Positions 29,810 through 39,028 of a stretch of 64,000 nucleotides of DNA are shown piece after piece. A model generated the notes under the pieces. That model saw nothing but the letters and a program-made list of their open reading frames with translations. It ran no database searches and was not told where the DNA came from. Origin of the DNA: an uncultured bacterium (GTDB lineage Bacteria; Patescibacteriota; Minisyncoccia; UBA6257; 2-01-FULL-56-20); NCBI GenBank assembly GCA_963705915.1, contig OY970126.1, positions 168,306 to 232,305 of the forward strand, in the 5' to 3' direction. The first letter of the stretch is position 1, and each line of letters opens with the position of its first letter. A program made the position numbers and the translations under genes.

Positions 29810-31198
29810 ATGCGTACCGCTATTGCAGATATTGTCCATAAAGAAGGCGACGAAGTCGAATTGTTTGGTTGGGTGCATGCTCGCCGCGACCACGGAAAAT
29901 TAGTCTTTATCGATCTCCGCGACCGGAGCGGGCTTGCCCAAGTTGTTTTCGGTCCGCAGATCAAAAACGCTTCTGAACTTCGCCTTGAATACGTGGTAAA
30001 GGTGACCGGCACCGTTCAAAAACGGCCACAGAATATGGTGAATGAAAAAATCCCGACCGGGTATTTTGAAGTGAATGCAACCGGCCTCGACATTTTAAAT
30101 GTCTCCACTGAGCTTGCCATTCCTGTCGATACCGATGGCTACGAGATCAACGAAGAAAAGCGCTTACAGTATCGCTATCTTGATCTTCGTCGTGAACGAT
30201 TAAAAAACAACTTGGTGTTGCGTCATCGCTTGATTAAATTTGTCCGGGATTTTCTCGATGAACGAGGCTTTTTGGAGATCGAAACCCCCAACCTTACCAA
30301 GTCCACACCGGAAGGCGCACGTGATTATCTCGTACCATCGCGCGTCCAAAACGGCAAATTTTACGCCTTACCGCAATCACCGCAGCAATATAAGCAGCTG
30401 CTCATGGTCGGCGGCATTGAAAAATATTTTCAAATTGCGCGATGCTTCCGCGATGAAGATACTCGCGGCGACCGGCAGCCTGAGTTTACGCAGCTCGATC
30501 TTGAGATGAGCTTTGTTGAGCAGGAGGATATTCTCAATCTCAACGAGGAGCTTTTAATTGCGATTGTAAAGAAATTGGCACCGGAAAAAAAGATTCAGCA
30601 AATCCCGTTTCCGCGTCTCACGTATCAGCATGTGATGGAAAAATATAAAACAGACCGTCCAGATATCCGTGAGGACAAGAACGATCCAAACCTGCTTGCG
30701 TTTTGCTGGGTGCTCGACTTTCCGTTCTTCGAAAAAACAGAAGAAGGTGGCTGGACCTTTACCCATAATCCGTTTTCTGCTCCCAAAAAGGAATATATGG
30801 ACGATCTGCTCGCCGGGAAAAATGTCCAGGATATTCTTACGACCCAGTATGACGTCGTGATGAATGGCCTTGAGATTGGCGGTGGCAGCATCCGTAACCA
30901 CAACCCCGAGGCGCTCAACGCCGTTTTCAAAATTATGGGATATAACGAAGATCAAGTCGCTGCGAAGTTCAAGCATATGCTTGATGCATTGGGGAGCGGC
31001 GCGCCGCCGCACGGCGGTATCGCCTGGGGCCTCGACCGACTCATCTCGCTCATCGCCGCCGAGCCGAACATCCGGGAAGTGATCGCGTTTCCGAAGACTG
31101 GTGACGGACGAGATCCGATGATGGGGTCGCCGTCCGAGGTGGACAAGAAGCAGCTCGATGAACTAGGATTGGAAATAAAGAAAAGCAACAATAATTAA
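29810..31198 (+). CDS. aspS: Aspartate--tRNA ligase (short form, no GAD insert)
   Basis: RRDHG..FIDLRD, YRYLDLR, PEGARD, FRDED, EIGGGSIR, PPHGG, FPKT; 462 aa. Confidence 0.95.
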   Translation: MRTAIADIVHKEGDEVELFGWVHARRDHGKLVFIDLRDRSGLAQVVFGPQIKNASELRLEYVVKVTGTVQKRPQNMVNEKIPTGYFEVNATGLDILNVSTELAIPVDTDGYEINEEKRLQYRYLDLRRERLKNNLVLRHRLIKFVRDFLDERGFLEIETPNLTKSTPEGARDYLVPSRVQNGKFYALPQSPQQYKQLLMVGGIEKYFQIARCFRDEDTRGDRQPEFTQLDLEMSFVEQEDILNLNEELLIAIVKKLAPEKKIQQIPFPRLTYQHVMEKYKTDRPDIREDKNDPNLLAFCWVLDFPFFEKTEEGGWTFTHNPFSAPKKEYMDDLLAGKNVQDILTTQYDVVMNGLEIGGGSIRNHNPEALNAVFKIMGYNEDQVAAKFKHMLDALGSGAPPHGGIAWGLDRLISLIAAEPNIREVIAFPKTGDGRDPMMGSPSEVDKKQLDELGLEIKKSNNN

Positions 31199-31203
31199 AA
31201 AAT

Positions 31204-31806
31204 ATGAAACATCCAAAAGAAGAGCGAACGCTCGTCGTCATCAAGCCAGACGGTATTGAACGGTCGCTCATCGGCGAGATCGTTAAGCGCTATGAGCAAA
31301 GTGGTTTGAAGCTCGTCGGTTTGAAAATGTTTGTGCCGACCGAAGAGCTTATCGAAAAACATTACTTGCTGGATCCGGAATGGCCGATGAAGACCGGTAT
31401 GAAAACGATTGAATCCTATAAATCAAAAGGGCAAAAGTCGCCATCGGATGATCCGCTTAAGATTAGCGAGGTCATTCTGAGGAACCTCAAGCGTTATATG
31501 GCAAAAGGCCCGGTCATAGCGATGGTGTGGCAGGGGATTCATGCGGCCGGCGTAGTGAAGAAAATAACCGGCAGCACCGAGCCGCTCACCTCGCAAATGG
31601 GAACCATCCGTGGGGATTATACGATCGATTCGTATCAGATCTCGGACGTCGACGATCGCGCCGTGCGGAATTTGGTGCACTGCTCCGGCAATACAAAAGA
31701 AGCTGAACAGGAAGTTGACCTTTGGTTCAAACCAAACGAACTCATCGATTACCGCCTCATTAACGAAGAAATCTTGTACGACTCCGAACTGAACAAAATC
31801 CTTTAG
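31204..31806 (+). CDS. ndk: Nucleoside-diphosphate kinase
   Basis: ERTLVVIKPDG, GTIRGD, NLVHCS. Confidence 0.93.
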   Translation: MKHPKEERTLVVIKPDGIERSLIGEIVKRYEQSGLKLVGLKMFVPTEELIEKHYLLDPEWPMKTGMKTIESYKSKGQKSPSDDPLKISEVILRNLKRYMAKGPVIAMVWQGIHAAGVVKKITGSTEPLTSQMGTIRGDYTIDSYQISDVDDRAVRNLVHCSGNTKEAEQEVDLWFKPNELIDYRLINEEILYDSELNKIL

Positions 31807-31812
31807 TTTTTC

Positions 31813-32286
31813 ATGAAGACAACGACGCTCTGCTACCTTCTCCGCGACGGCGAGGTTCTGCTTGGTATGAAGAAAGAAGGGCCGCAGGGTTTTGGCGTTG
31901 GTAAATGGAACGGTATCGGCGGGAAAGTTGAAGAAGATGAATCAATTGAAGAAGCTGCGATCAGGGAAACAAAAGAAGAGATCGGCGTAGATATTGATGC
32001 AGCCGATCTTATTTCAATGGGTTCGATCAGTTTCGTATATGAGGACATTCCTGATTGGGATCAGGTTGTAAATGTTTTTATAACAACAAGGTGGTCCAGC
32101 CAACCTGTTGAATCGCGGGAGATGCGTCCGCAGTGGTTCCCCATTGATAAGCTGCCGTTCGCATCCATGTGGAGCGACGACGAACACTGGCTGCCGCTTG
32201 TGCTTCAGGGGAAGACGATTTGGGGCGAATTTGTTTTGGATCAAAAGGGAACCGTCGTGAAGCGTTTCACGGTGGACGAAGCGTAA
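31813..32286 (+). CDS. NUDIX hydrolase (8-oxo-dGTPase-like)
   Basis: GGKVEEDESIEEAAIRETKEEIG Nudix box. Confidence 0.88.
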   Translation: MKTTTLCYLLRDGEVLLGMKKEGPQGFGVGKWNGIGGKVEEDESIEEAAIRETKEEIGVDIDAADLISMGSISFVYEDIPDWDQVVNVFITTRWSSQPVESREMRPQWFPIDKLPFASMWSDDEHWLPLVLQGKTIWGEFVLDQKGTVVKRFTVDEA

Positions 32287-32315
32287 CAAATAAGGGTGCG
32301 GGAAAGTATTAATAC

Positions 32316-32705
32316 GTGGAACACTATTTCATTTTGAGGGATGCTACCGTGAAGATTGTGAAGCAGGGAGTATATACCGTACGCAGGGAAGAGGCGACAA
32401 AGATGACGTTTCAAGAAGTATTGCACGCTGACCACAACGTCGCGGCGCATTTTCGAAGAGAGACCCAGCTTTGCCGGGAGTGTCGCACTGAATTCTCGTT
32501 AGAACCGGGAGATATGATTCTGCGACGCCGCGAAGTCTTGCGGGGTGAACACAAGATCGAAAAGAATGTTTTCTACGTGAACTGTCCTGGGTGTTATTTG
32601 CTCCAGTGTCTCTTTGAAGAAGAATTGGGGAATACCCGTTTTTCCATGGCATCCAGAGTGTTCGAGGAAGCGAGGCAGCCCGCGCAACTTCCACTCGCAG
32701 CATAA
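32316..32705 (+). CDS. Hypothetical protein with two CxxC motifs (start uncertain)
   Basis: CREC and CPGC; hairpin plus T run follows. Confidence 0.55.
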   Translation: MEHYFILRDATVKIVKQGVYTVRREEATKMTFQEVLHADHNVAAHFRRETQLCRECRTEFSLEPGDMILRRREVLRGEHKIEKNVFYVNCPGCYLLQCLFEEELGNTRFSMASRVFEEARQPAQLPLAA

Positions 32706-32744
32706 CCAACCAGCCGGTCGCCGCTCTGTTCGCGGCGGCTTTTT

Positions 32745-33497
32745 TTATTGACCTTCGCCGGTTTTTGAAAAAGCTTTCACAATGGCATCCATATCGCCCT
32801 CCATAATTTTTTCGATGTTGTGCCACTTTTTGCCGATGCGGTGATCGGTGATGCGGTCGTCGGGAAAATTGTAGGTTCGGATTTTTTCGGATCGATCTGC
32901 CGAGCCGACCTGTTCGCGCCGAAGGTCAGTGATAGAACCGGTCGCCCGATGCTGCTCGATTTCATAAAGTTTTGCGCGCAATACCTCCATGGCTTTTTCC
33001 CGATTCGCATATTGTGACCGCTCTTCACGCGAGGCTACCACGATGCCGGTCGGTTTATGAAGAATACGGACTGCGGTTTCTACCTTGTTCACATTCTGTC
33101 CGCCGGGACCTCCCGCACGAGAGAATGTCACCTCAAGATCGTTCGGTGCAATATTCACTTCGCGGGCTTCCACGATTGGCAAGACAGCGACCGATGCCGT
33201 TGATGTGTGCACGCGCCCGGACTTTTCAGTCTTTGGGATTCGCTGTACGCGATGAACGCCAGATTCATTTTTGAACGCTTCGTACGTCCCTTCGCCCCTG
33301 ATTTCCGCAACGAGTGATTTATAGCCTTGAAGCGACGTCTCGTTTGCGTCAAGGATGGAGAATCCCCAGCCTCGTTTTACGGCATAGCGTTGATACATGC
33401 GGGCCAGGTCTCCCACAAAAAGCGAAGCTTCATCGCCTCCGGCACCCGCCCGAATTTCCATAATAATCTTATTGGTTGTCATATTAATTTTGTCCAA
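32745..33497 (-). CDS. prfA: Peptide chain release factor 1, lacking the N-terminal domain
   Basis: [14 protein letters not shown] stop-recognition motif, GGQ, RTYNFP. Confidence 0.88.
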   Translation of the reverse strand: MDKINMTTNKIIMEIRAGAGGDEASLFVGDLARMYQRYAVKRGWGFSILDANETSLQGYKSLVAEIRGEGTYEAFKNESGVHRVQRIPKTEKSGRVHTSTASVAVLPIVEAREVNIAPNDLEVTFSRAGGPGGQNVNKVETAVRILHKPTGIVVASREERSQYANREKAMEVLRAKLYEIEQHRATGSITDLRREQVGSADRSEKIRTYNFPDDRITDHRIGKKWHNIEKIMEGDMDAIVKAFSKTGEGQ

Positions 33498-33525
33498 CGA
33501 ACTATGCTATGATAATAGCAAATAC

Positions 33526-33915
33526 ATGCCGAATCAACCGGTTATCCTCATCGTCGACGACGACCCCGCCTTCCGCGAGATTTTCAGCACGAAACTTTCT
33601 TCGGAAGGATATCGAACCGAGACCGCAGAAGACGGAAAGGTTGCCATTGAAAAAACGAAGCAACTCAGGCCTGATCTCGTTCTCATGGATGTGAATATGC
33701 CGGTCATGGATGGGGCAACAGCTACGCTTAAGCTTCGGGAAGACCCCGATACAAAAAATACGAAGGTGGCGTTTCTCACGAGCCTTGGCGATCCTCGTCT
33801 CGACATGGAACAATTGAACATGAAATTCTCGGAAGACTTCGGTGCGCAAGGATATCTCAAAAAAACCGACGACCTTGATCGGCTCGCCGAGCAGATTAAA
33901 AAATTTTTAACGTAG
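33526..33915 (+). CDS. Single-domain response regulator
   Basis: ILIVDDD, LMDVNMP, FLTS, YLKK. Confidence 0.9.
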   Translation: MPNQPVILIVDDDPAFREIFSTKLSSEGYRTETAEDGKVAIEKTKQLRPDLVLMDVNMPVMDGATATLKLREDPDTKNTKVAFLTSLGDPRLDMEQLNMKFSEDFGAQGYLKKTDDLDRLAEQIKKFLT

Positions 33916-33917
33916 CT

Positions 33918-34313
33918 ATGCGTGAAAAACCTCTCATCTTGGTTGTGGACGACGAACCAAATTTGCTCGAGATCATGTCGACAAAACTCGCGGCATCAGG
34001 TTTCGAGCCGGTCGTGGCCTACAACGGAAAAGAAGCCATAGACGCTGCAGTGAAACTCCAGCCGGACCTCATTTTGATGGATATTCATATGCCGGGCGAA
34101 ACTGGCACTGATGCGGCGCTTTCCATAAAACAGAATCCTGCGACAAAAAATATCCGCGTGGCATTCCTGAGCAACATGAAGGATCCGTGGCCATCGGTGA
34201 TGGCGGACAAGAAAGACGTAAGCTTGCAGATGGGCATCGAGGATTTTATCGACAAGACTGCGGATTTGGACGCGATCGTCGCGAAAATCCGAGAGCTTTT
34301 GGCAAAGAAATAA
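33918..34313 (+). CDS. Single-domain response regulator
   Basis: ILVVDDE, LMDIHMP, FLSN, FIDK. Confidence 0.9.
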   Translation: MREKPLILVVDDEPNLLEIMSTKLAASGFEPVVAYNGKEAIDAAVKLQPDLILMDIHMPGETGTDAALSIKQNPATKNIRVAFLSNMKDPWPSVMADKKDVSLQMGIEDFIDKTADLDAIVAKIRELLAKK

Positions 34314-34358
34314 AAGCCCCCGAGTTAAGCCTGGAGGCTTGTTTTCGCACGAAGATTT

Positions 34359-34937
34359 TTAGTCAATACCCATCGAATCTTTTTCTAGCAGCAAAGAGGG
34401 TGTTTCTGCTGTGGTGTGGCGCGGGCTTTTGAAGAAATTTCGCAGCCAGGACATGAGAAACCAAGATGCGAAAAAGAAAAACCCGAGCCATTTGAAATGT
34501 TTGATCAACGGCAGGAAATTCATTCCGACGAGCATGACGCCAAGCGTGACATCCCGTACGCTGCTCACCCCGAGTGTTATGAAGAGCGCAACGTGTCGCG
34601 GGACGGACAAGAGTCGGCCGGTGGTCAAGGCGATCTGTATGTTCAAAAAACTAGTACACGCAACGGCTGCATTGGGGGATAGGCTTTTTATGTCGGTGCC
34701 GGGGGCAAGGGGTGTGTGCTTTTCGATCCATTGCTGGGCGCTTTCGATGGCGTTCTTGATGGGAGCGATGCGTGAAAAGTCATGATAGGCGATTGCCCAG
34801 AGCATGACGGTAAAAAGATCACCACACAGCGTACCCATGCCAATGAAAAAACGCGGGGGATATCCGAGTCCTTGAAGCATAGGCATGCCAAGGGGCGTAT
34901 AGGCGAAGCAGAGGAACAACGCCAAGATAAGCTTCAC
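34359..34937 (-). CDS. Hypothetical multi-TM membrane protein
   Basis: GAGGTG 8 nt before GTG 34937; several hydrophobic segments. Confidence 0.6.
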   Translation of the reverse strand: MKLILALFLCFAYTPLGMPMLQGLGYPPRFFIGMGTLCGDLFTVMLWAIAYHDFSRIAPIKNAIESAQQWIEKHTPLAPGTDIKSLSPNAAVACTSFLNIQIALTTGRLLSVPRHVALFITLGVSSVRDVTLGVMLVGMNFLPLIKHFKWLGFFFFASWFLMSWLRNFFKSPRHTTAETPSLLLEKDSMGID

Positions 34938-35029
34938 GGCGATAACACCTCGCAAGGTAAGTAACTAAAATTATTATTTCATAAAAATCTGAACTTGGCA
35001 ACAGCGTTGCTGCTCAATGTACAACAAAG

Positions 35030-35065
35030 AAAAAAGCCCCGGCGAATTGCTTCGCGCGAGGCTTT
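35030..35065 (-). terminator. Intrinsic terminator
   Basis: Minus strand AAAGCCTCGCGCGAA-GCAA-TTCGCCGGGGCTTTTTT. Confidence 0.65.
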
Positions 35066-35088
35066 GTTGAAAAGAGCTGTTGTTGAGG

Positions 35089-35868
35089 TTACTTGCAGCG
35101 TTGCGGGGGTTTCTTGTTGATGATCAACCTCGAATTCCCCGAATTGGCAACGTTCCCGCCGTAAGCCGTACTACTGCCGCCGGCCGCGTTTGCCGTGCCG
35201 CCAGTTGCAGAAGATGTACTGCTGGAATTTCCAGCATTGCTGATCGTCGCTCCACCGCCATTTTGCGTGACGTTGAACGTGATCCCTCCGGTTCCAGGTG
35301 AGCCGCCGCCAGAATTCGAGCTGGAGTTTTTATTCCCCCAGACGCCGATGCCATCCTCGACGGCAATGAATCCAGTTGCCGCAAACGTACCGATGGTACC
35401 GATTTCGATACCGGTAAGTTTGCCGCTCTGGTCTTTTGCGTCTCGATCCAAAGCCATGACGGCGTCCTTCGTTCCGTTGTCCGGGACGATGACGTTCGGC
35501 ATGGTCGGTGCCTGTGCCGGCTGCTGGGTGAGACTCCTGAGGAGGGCTGCTTTTATGTCGGGATCCATAGTCGGTTGTGCTGGCTGGTTTCTGCTCGCAT
35601 CGCGCAGCGCATTTGCGGCGTCGCTCAGATTGCGAGCGGCATCCGCTTGTGCCTGAGCCGCTGCCTTGAGGTCGGAAGCGTTCACGCTGACCTTCACGGT
35701 CTGCGGTTGTGCGCAGGGGTTCGAACACGGATTCGTATTGCAGCAGCAGGTATTGTTACCGCAGTTTTGGTTTGCATTGTTAGCCGCGGGTTGCGTCTGT
35801 GCCGATGTCACGACAGCGAGCATCAGGCCGATGGCGAGCATAGTGACTGCGAAGGTTGCTTTTTTCAC
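35089..35868 (-). CDS. Secreted low-complexity ORFan with Cys-rich N-terminal segment
   Basis: AGGAG 7 nt before GTG; signal peptide; CGNNTCCCNTNPCSNPC; Gly/Ser-rich tail. Confidence 0.65.
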   Translation of the reverse strand: MKKATFAVTMLAIGLMLAVVTSAQTQPAANNANQNCGNNTCCCNTNPCSNPCAQPQTVKVSVNASDLKAAAQAQADAARNLSDAANALRDASRNQPAQPTMDPDIKAALLRSLTQQPAQAPTMPNVIVPDNGTKDAVMALDRDAKDQSGKLTGIEIGTIGTFAATGFIAVEDGIGVWGNKNSSSNSGGGSPGTGGITFNVTQNGGGATISNAGNSSSTSSATGGTANAAGGSSTAYGGNVANSGNSRLIINKKPPQRCK

Positions 35869-35887
35869 AAAAATTCTCCTTTGGTTG

Positions 35888-37150
35888 CTATCGTTGATGA
35901 TTTTCGCGGGCAGGATTAAAGCCCGTCGCTCGCATGCGAGAGGCGGCGACATTAAAGGCGAGTTGCTTCTGTTTGTTTACCGTGCGGTGATCGAGGATGG
36001 ATTCTCCAACAAGAGAAGCCATTGCTCGCGGGTCGAATTGAGATCGTCTCCCAAATTCGAATGCTTGGCGAAGTGCCGTTTTGAACTTGCTCGGACCTCT
36101 GATGTGGTGGCCATTTTGGATAAGAGCCGGCGCATTGAGCTTGAGCCCTTGTCCGTGGATATCAGCCCACACCGCCGAATTGGCTGTTCGCGTCGGATAC
36201 TCCGGAAGGAGCATCTTAAGCGCGAGCGATCCATTTGGATTGCGTGCCGTTGTGACAAGGACTGGCGTCTTCGTCCATAGCGGCGTCCCGTTTCCATCGA
36301 CACCGTTTTGCTTCCAATAGTAGGCAGCGTACGTTTGGTCTTCGGGAATAGCGGTTGAGGCGGGATGATCCACGGGGATGTCCACTTCGTATAACACCGG
36401 GCCTTGTGGAGGGATAAGCTCGGCTGGCTCGAAAGCGACTTGCTTAGAAACCAGGTTGAGCCATTCACTCTGAGGCCGTGGCATAGAGACTCCGGAATAC
36501 ATCGCGAGCGGGAGATCTGTCGATTGGATCGACGGAGCTGGCGCTTGGATATCCGTTGCTTCTTGGTTTGCCGTTGCGGTTGGGATCGGCGAAACTTGCC
36601 CGCTCGGTTTCAGTGGCTGGATCGCGCGAGACGACGCCGGAGCTCCGAATTTCATTGTGAAGATTCGTTGCTTCAGTTTCAGTTCACGTTTTCCAACTTT
36701 GATCGCGCAGGGAAGCTGTAATACCGACCCTGCGTAGAGCCACATGTTCTTCGCGGCGATACCTACCGAGCCATTCACTTTCACATGGTTCGCAAGATAC
36801 GCAGTGGCTTCGGGATAACCGTTGCCATAAGCGTCTTTCGCGAGTTGTGAAACGCTGTACTCCTGAGGATGAGCGATCGATGGCACTTCGAAGTTTTTGC
36901 CGTCGTATTTCACTTCGTCCGCTGGAGCTGGCGTTGGTGTTGGCGATAGAGCAGGTGCCGGGTTGGTCACCGTTTTTTGCGGTGACTGGATGCTCTCTTT
37001 CGCTGGGACGTTTGGGAACCAATACCGTCCAGCTAAGAAAAAGAGAGCGCAGGCGACCACGAATAGCAATGCGAGCAGAATCTTCCTTCCGGTAGCCGGG
37101 GAATCCTGCACGATGGTCGTCGCTTGTTCGTCTCTCAATATTTCTTTCAT
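35888..37150 (-). CDS. Membrane-anchored ORFan
   Basis: AGGAG 7 nt before ATG 37150; N-terminal TM, Pro-rich linker. Confidence 0.65.
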   Translation of the reverse strand: MKEILRDEQATTIVQDSPATGRKILLALLFVVACALFFLAGRYWFPNVPAKESIQSPQKTVTNPAPALSPTPTPAPADEVKYDGKNFEVPSIAHPQEYSVSQLAKDAYGNGYPEATAYLANHVKVNGSVGIAAKNMWLYAGSVLQLPCAIKVGKRELKLKQRIFTMKFGAPASSRAIQPLKPSGQVSPIPTATANQEATDIQAPAPSIQSTDLPLAMYSGVSMPRPQSEWLNLVSKQVAFEPAELIPPQGPVLYEVDIPVDHPASTAIPEDQTYAAYYWKQNGVDGNGTPLWTKTPVLVTTARNPNGSLALKMLLPEYPTRTANSAVWADIHGQGLKLNAPALIQNGHHIRGPSKFKTALRQAFEFGRRSQFDPRAMASLVGESILDHRTVNKQKQLAFNVAASRMRATGFNPARENHQR

Positions 37151-37202
37151 GACCATTCTCCTTCGTTGGATTCGAGGGCTCCGACAACTGCATCACATTT
37201 CT

Positions 37203-37325
37203 CACATTCGCTTCATGCGGCCACAGTATGGTCCACTACGCGACAATGATCGATGTTCTGATAGCTGTACATTGTTTTGTCCTATTGCTTCATGCGGCTG
37301 CTTCTGCAGTCCACTACACAAGAGA
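37203..37325 (-). ncRNA. Tandem putative structured RNA motif
   Basis: Two copies of GUAGUGGAC-hairpin-GCCGCAUGAAGC with different but pairing inner and outer stems. Confidence 0.5.
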
Positions 37326-37374
37326 AACGCAAACAAGTTTTTCAGAGCTTTTTACTGATAGTGTTGAACGAAAA

Positions 37375-37905
37375 TCATTGCGCCTGCTTTGCAAAAACAA
37401 CTTCGACAGGCTCAATCTTTTTGGCGTCGAATAGCGAACTCAACATCTGGTGTCGCTTTTCGAATATCACCGCATCGCCATTGTTTTGGGCGGCGGTGAT
37501 GATCTTGGCATGGGTTGTTTTGCTAAAGTAGCAGCCCGTTGCTTCGAAGGCGAGCCCTTCTTTCCAGAGGACGACGTAGATCAGCTGCAGAGAAATCTCT
37601 TTCCTGCAACAGAATTCCTTAAACTCGTCTTCAGTCGGATCAAACAAATGTCCGTTCAGAATGCGAAAGACTTTTTCCTTGGATTGCGCAGCTGGGTTTT
37701 TGCGGACGGGGCTCATAAGCGCCCCGTTTGCCGTAGTGATGATGAATGCCAAGACGAAAGCTATTGCGCCCGCGACTAGTGCATAGTCCCAGGGATAACT
37801 CTTCATCTTCCCATAATAGAAGATCGTGACGAGAGCCGACGCGATGCTTGCAAGCATCGCAAGGTTGGCGTAGGACTTCACCTCAGACTTATCCACCTGT
37901 GTCAT
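37375..37905 (-). CDS. Hypothetical two-TM protein
   Basis: GAGGT 7 nt before ATG; TTGACA-17-TACTCT promoter near 38032. Confidence 0.65.
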   Translation of the reverse strand: MTQVDKSEVKSYANLAMLASIASALVTIFYYGKMKSYPWDYALVAGAIAFVLAFIITTANGALMSPVRKNPAAQSKEKVFRILNGHLFDPTEDEFKEFCCRKEISLQLIYVVLWKEGLAFEATGCYFSKTTHAKIITAAQNNGDAVIFEKRHQMLSSLFDAKKIEPVEVVFAKQAQ

Positions 37906-38041
37906 GCGGGTAACCTCTCTGATTTTGAATTGTGAAGAGTGCTAGCGCACCATAGATAGTACGCTTCTGCGAGACGTTTTTGACGGATCACGCAGTGCGG
38001 AGAGAGTATCATACTTTAGCCGCATTGTCAATAACTTTTCC

Positions 38042-38075
38042 AAAAAAAACCGCCCAACGCGGGCGGCCTTTTTTT
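38042..38075. terminator. Terminator downstream of rpmE
   Basis: A run, CCGCCC-AACGC-GGGCGG, T run. Confidence 0.65.
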
Positions 38076-38092
38076 GTGCGGAAGCTAGTCAA

Positions 38093-38338
38093 TTATTGCT
38101 GTTTCTTCACGCGCACTTTCTTTGGCTTCGGCTCAACAGCTTTTGCTCGACGGCTCTTAAATTTCTCAACGCGTCCAGCGGTGTCGATGAGTTTTTCTTC
38201 GCCGGTATAAAAAGGATGACACCTAGAACAGATTTCCACGCGGATTTCGGCTTTCGTCGCACCGGTCACAAAAGAATTGCCGCAGGCGCAGATGACTTTT
38301 GCTTCGGGGAAATAGGTTGGATGGATATCGGTTTTCAT
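38093..38338 (-). CDS. rpmE: 50S ribosomal protein L31 (Zn-binding type)
   Basis: [27 protein letters not shown]. Confidence 0.97.
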   Translation of the reverse strand: MKTDIHPTYFPEAKVICACGNSFVTGATKAEIRVEICSRCHPFYTGEEKLIDTAGRVEKFKSRRAKAVEPKPKKVRVKKQQ

Positions 38339-38434
38339 AATGGAAATAATTATAGCTCTTGATTTTTTAATTGTCAAAACCTACACTGCGCGTAGAAGTG
38401 GTAGTACCAACCCAACATTGAACGGAGGTGCAGG

Positions 38435-38788
38435 ATGCAAAAGAGGGCCTCAGGGCATTTGCTTTTGCAAATGCTTGTCATCGCCACGATACTGATTATT
38501 GTCGGCATAGTCTCGTTCGCAAGGCGATCGAATGAAAGGGCCGCCAAAGATTTTCCTAGCAGATTTCCTGAGATCAAGGATGTTCCTCGATCGAGCACTG
38601 CTTGCATCGATGACAAGAAAGCCATCGACAAGCGCATCCAGGAGTTGCGTATGACGCTCGGCGAAGCCGACCTCAGTGACTCGGGGGACCGCGGAAAGGT
38701 GTTAAAGGAATTGAAGGCGGCTGCTTGGGACGCAAACACGTTGTGCGATACGGTAAATGGACACATCGATACCGAAGACGACGATTAA
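38435..38788 (+). CDS. Hypothetical exported or membrane-anchored protein
   Basis: GGAGGTG before ATG; N-terminal TM; terminator at about 38800-38830. Confidence 0.6.
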   Translation: MQKRASGHLLLQMLVIATILIIVGIVSFARRSNERAAKDFPSRFPEIKDVPRSSTACIDDKKAIDKRIQELRMTLGEADLSDSGDRGKVLKELKAAAWDANTLCDTVNGHIDTEDDD

Positions 38789-38837
38789 GATTTGGGTTTC
38801 GCCCGCACAACCACGTGCGGGCGCATTTTTATTGTGG

Positions 38838-38865
38838 TTGACATCCTTCGGGTGTTTGTTACAAT
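38838..38865 (+). promoter_or_regulatory. 16S rRNA promoter
   Basis: TTGACA-16-TACAAT; boxA-like GATCATTTACAA at 38896-38907. Confidence 0.7.
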
Positions 38866-39028
38866 GGAACTCGGCTGTAAAAGCGGCCACTGAACGATCA
38901 TTTACAACTGAATAGCAGTAGAGAGTTTTTTAGTTGTCCCAAGAATTCTTTTGGCGACGTTTTTCAAAATGTCGCATGATATTCATTCGAACCCCTCTAT
39001 AGAGGGTTTGAATGTAAGTTCAAATCTT

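Noticed and set aside
34359-38788. Prophage
   Set aside because: No recognisable capsid, terminase, integrase or replication genes.
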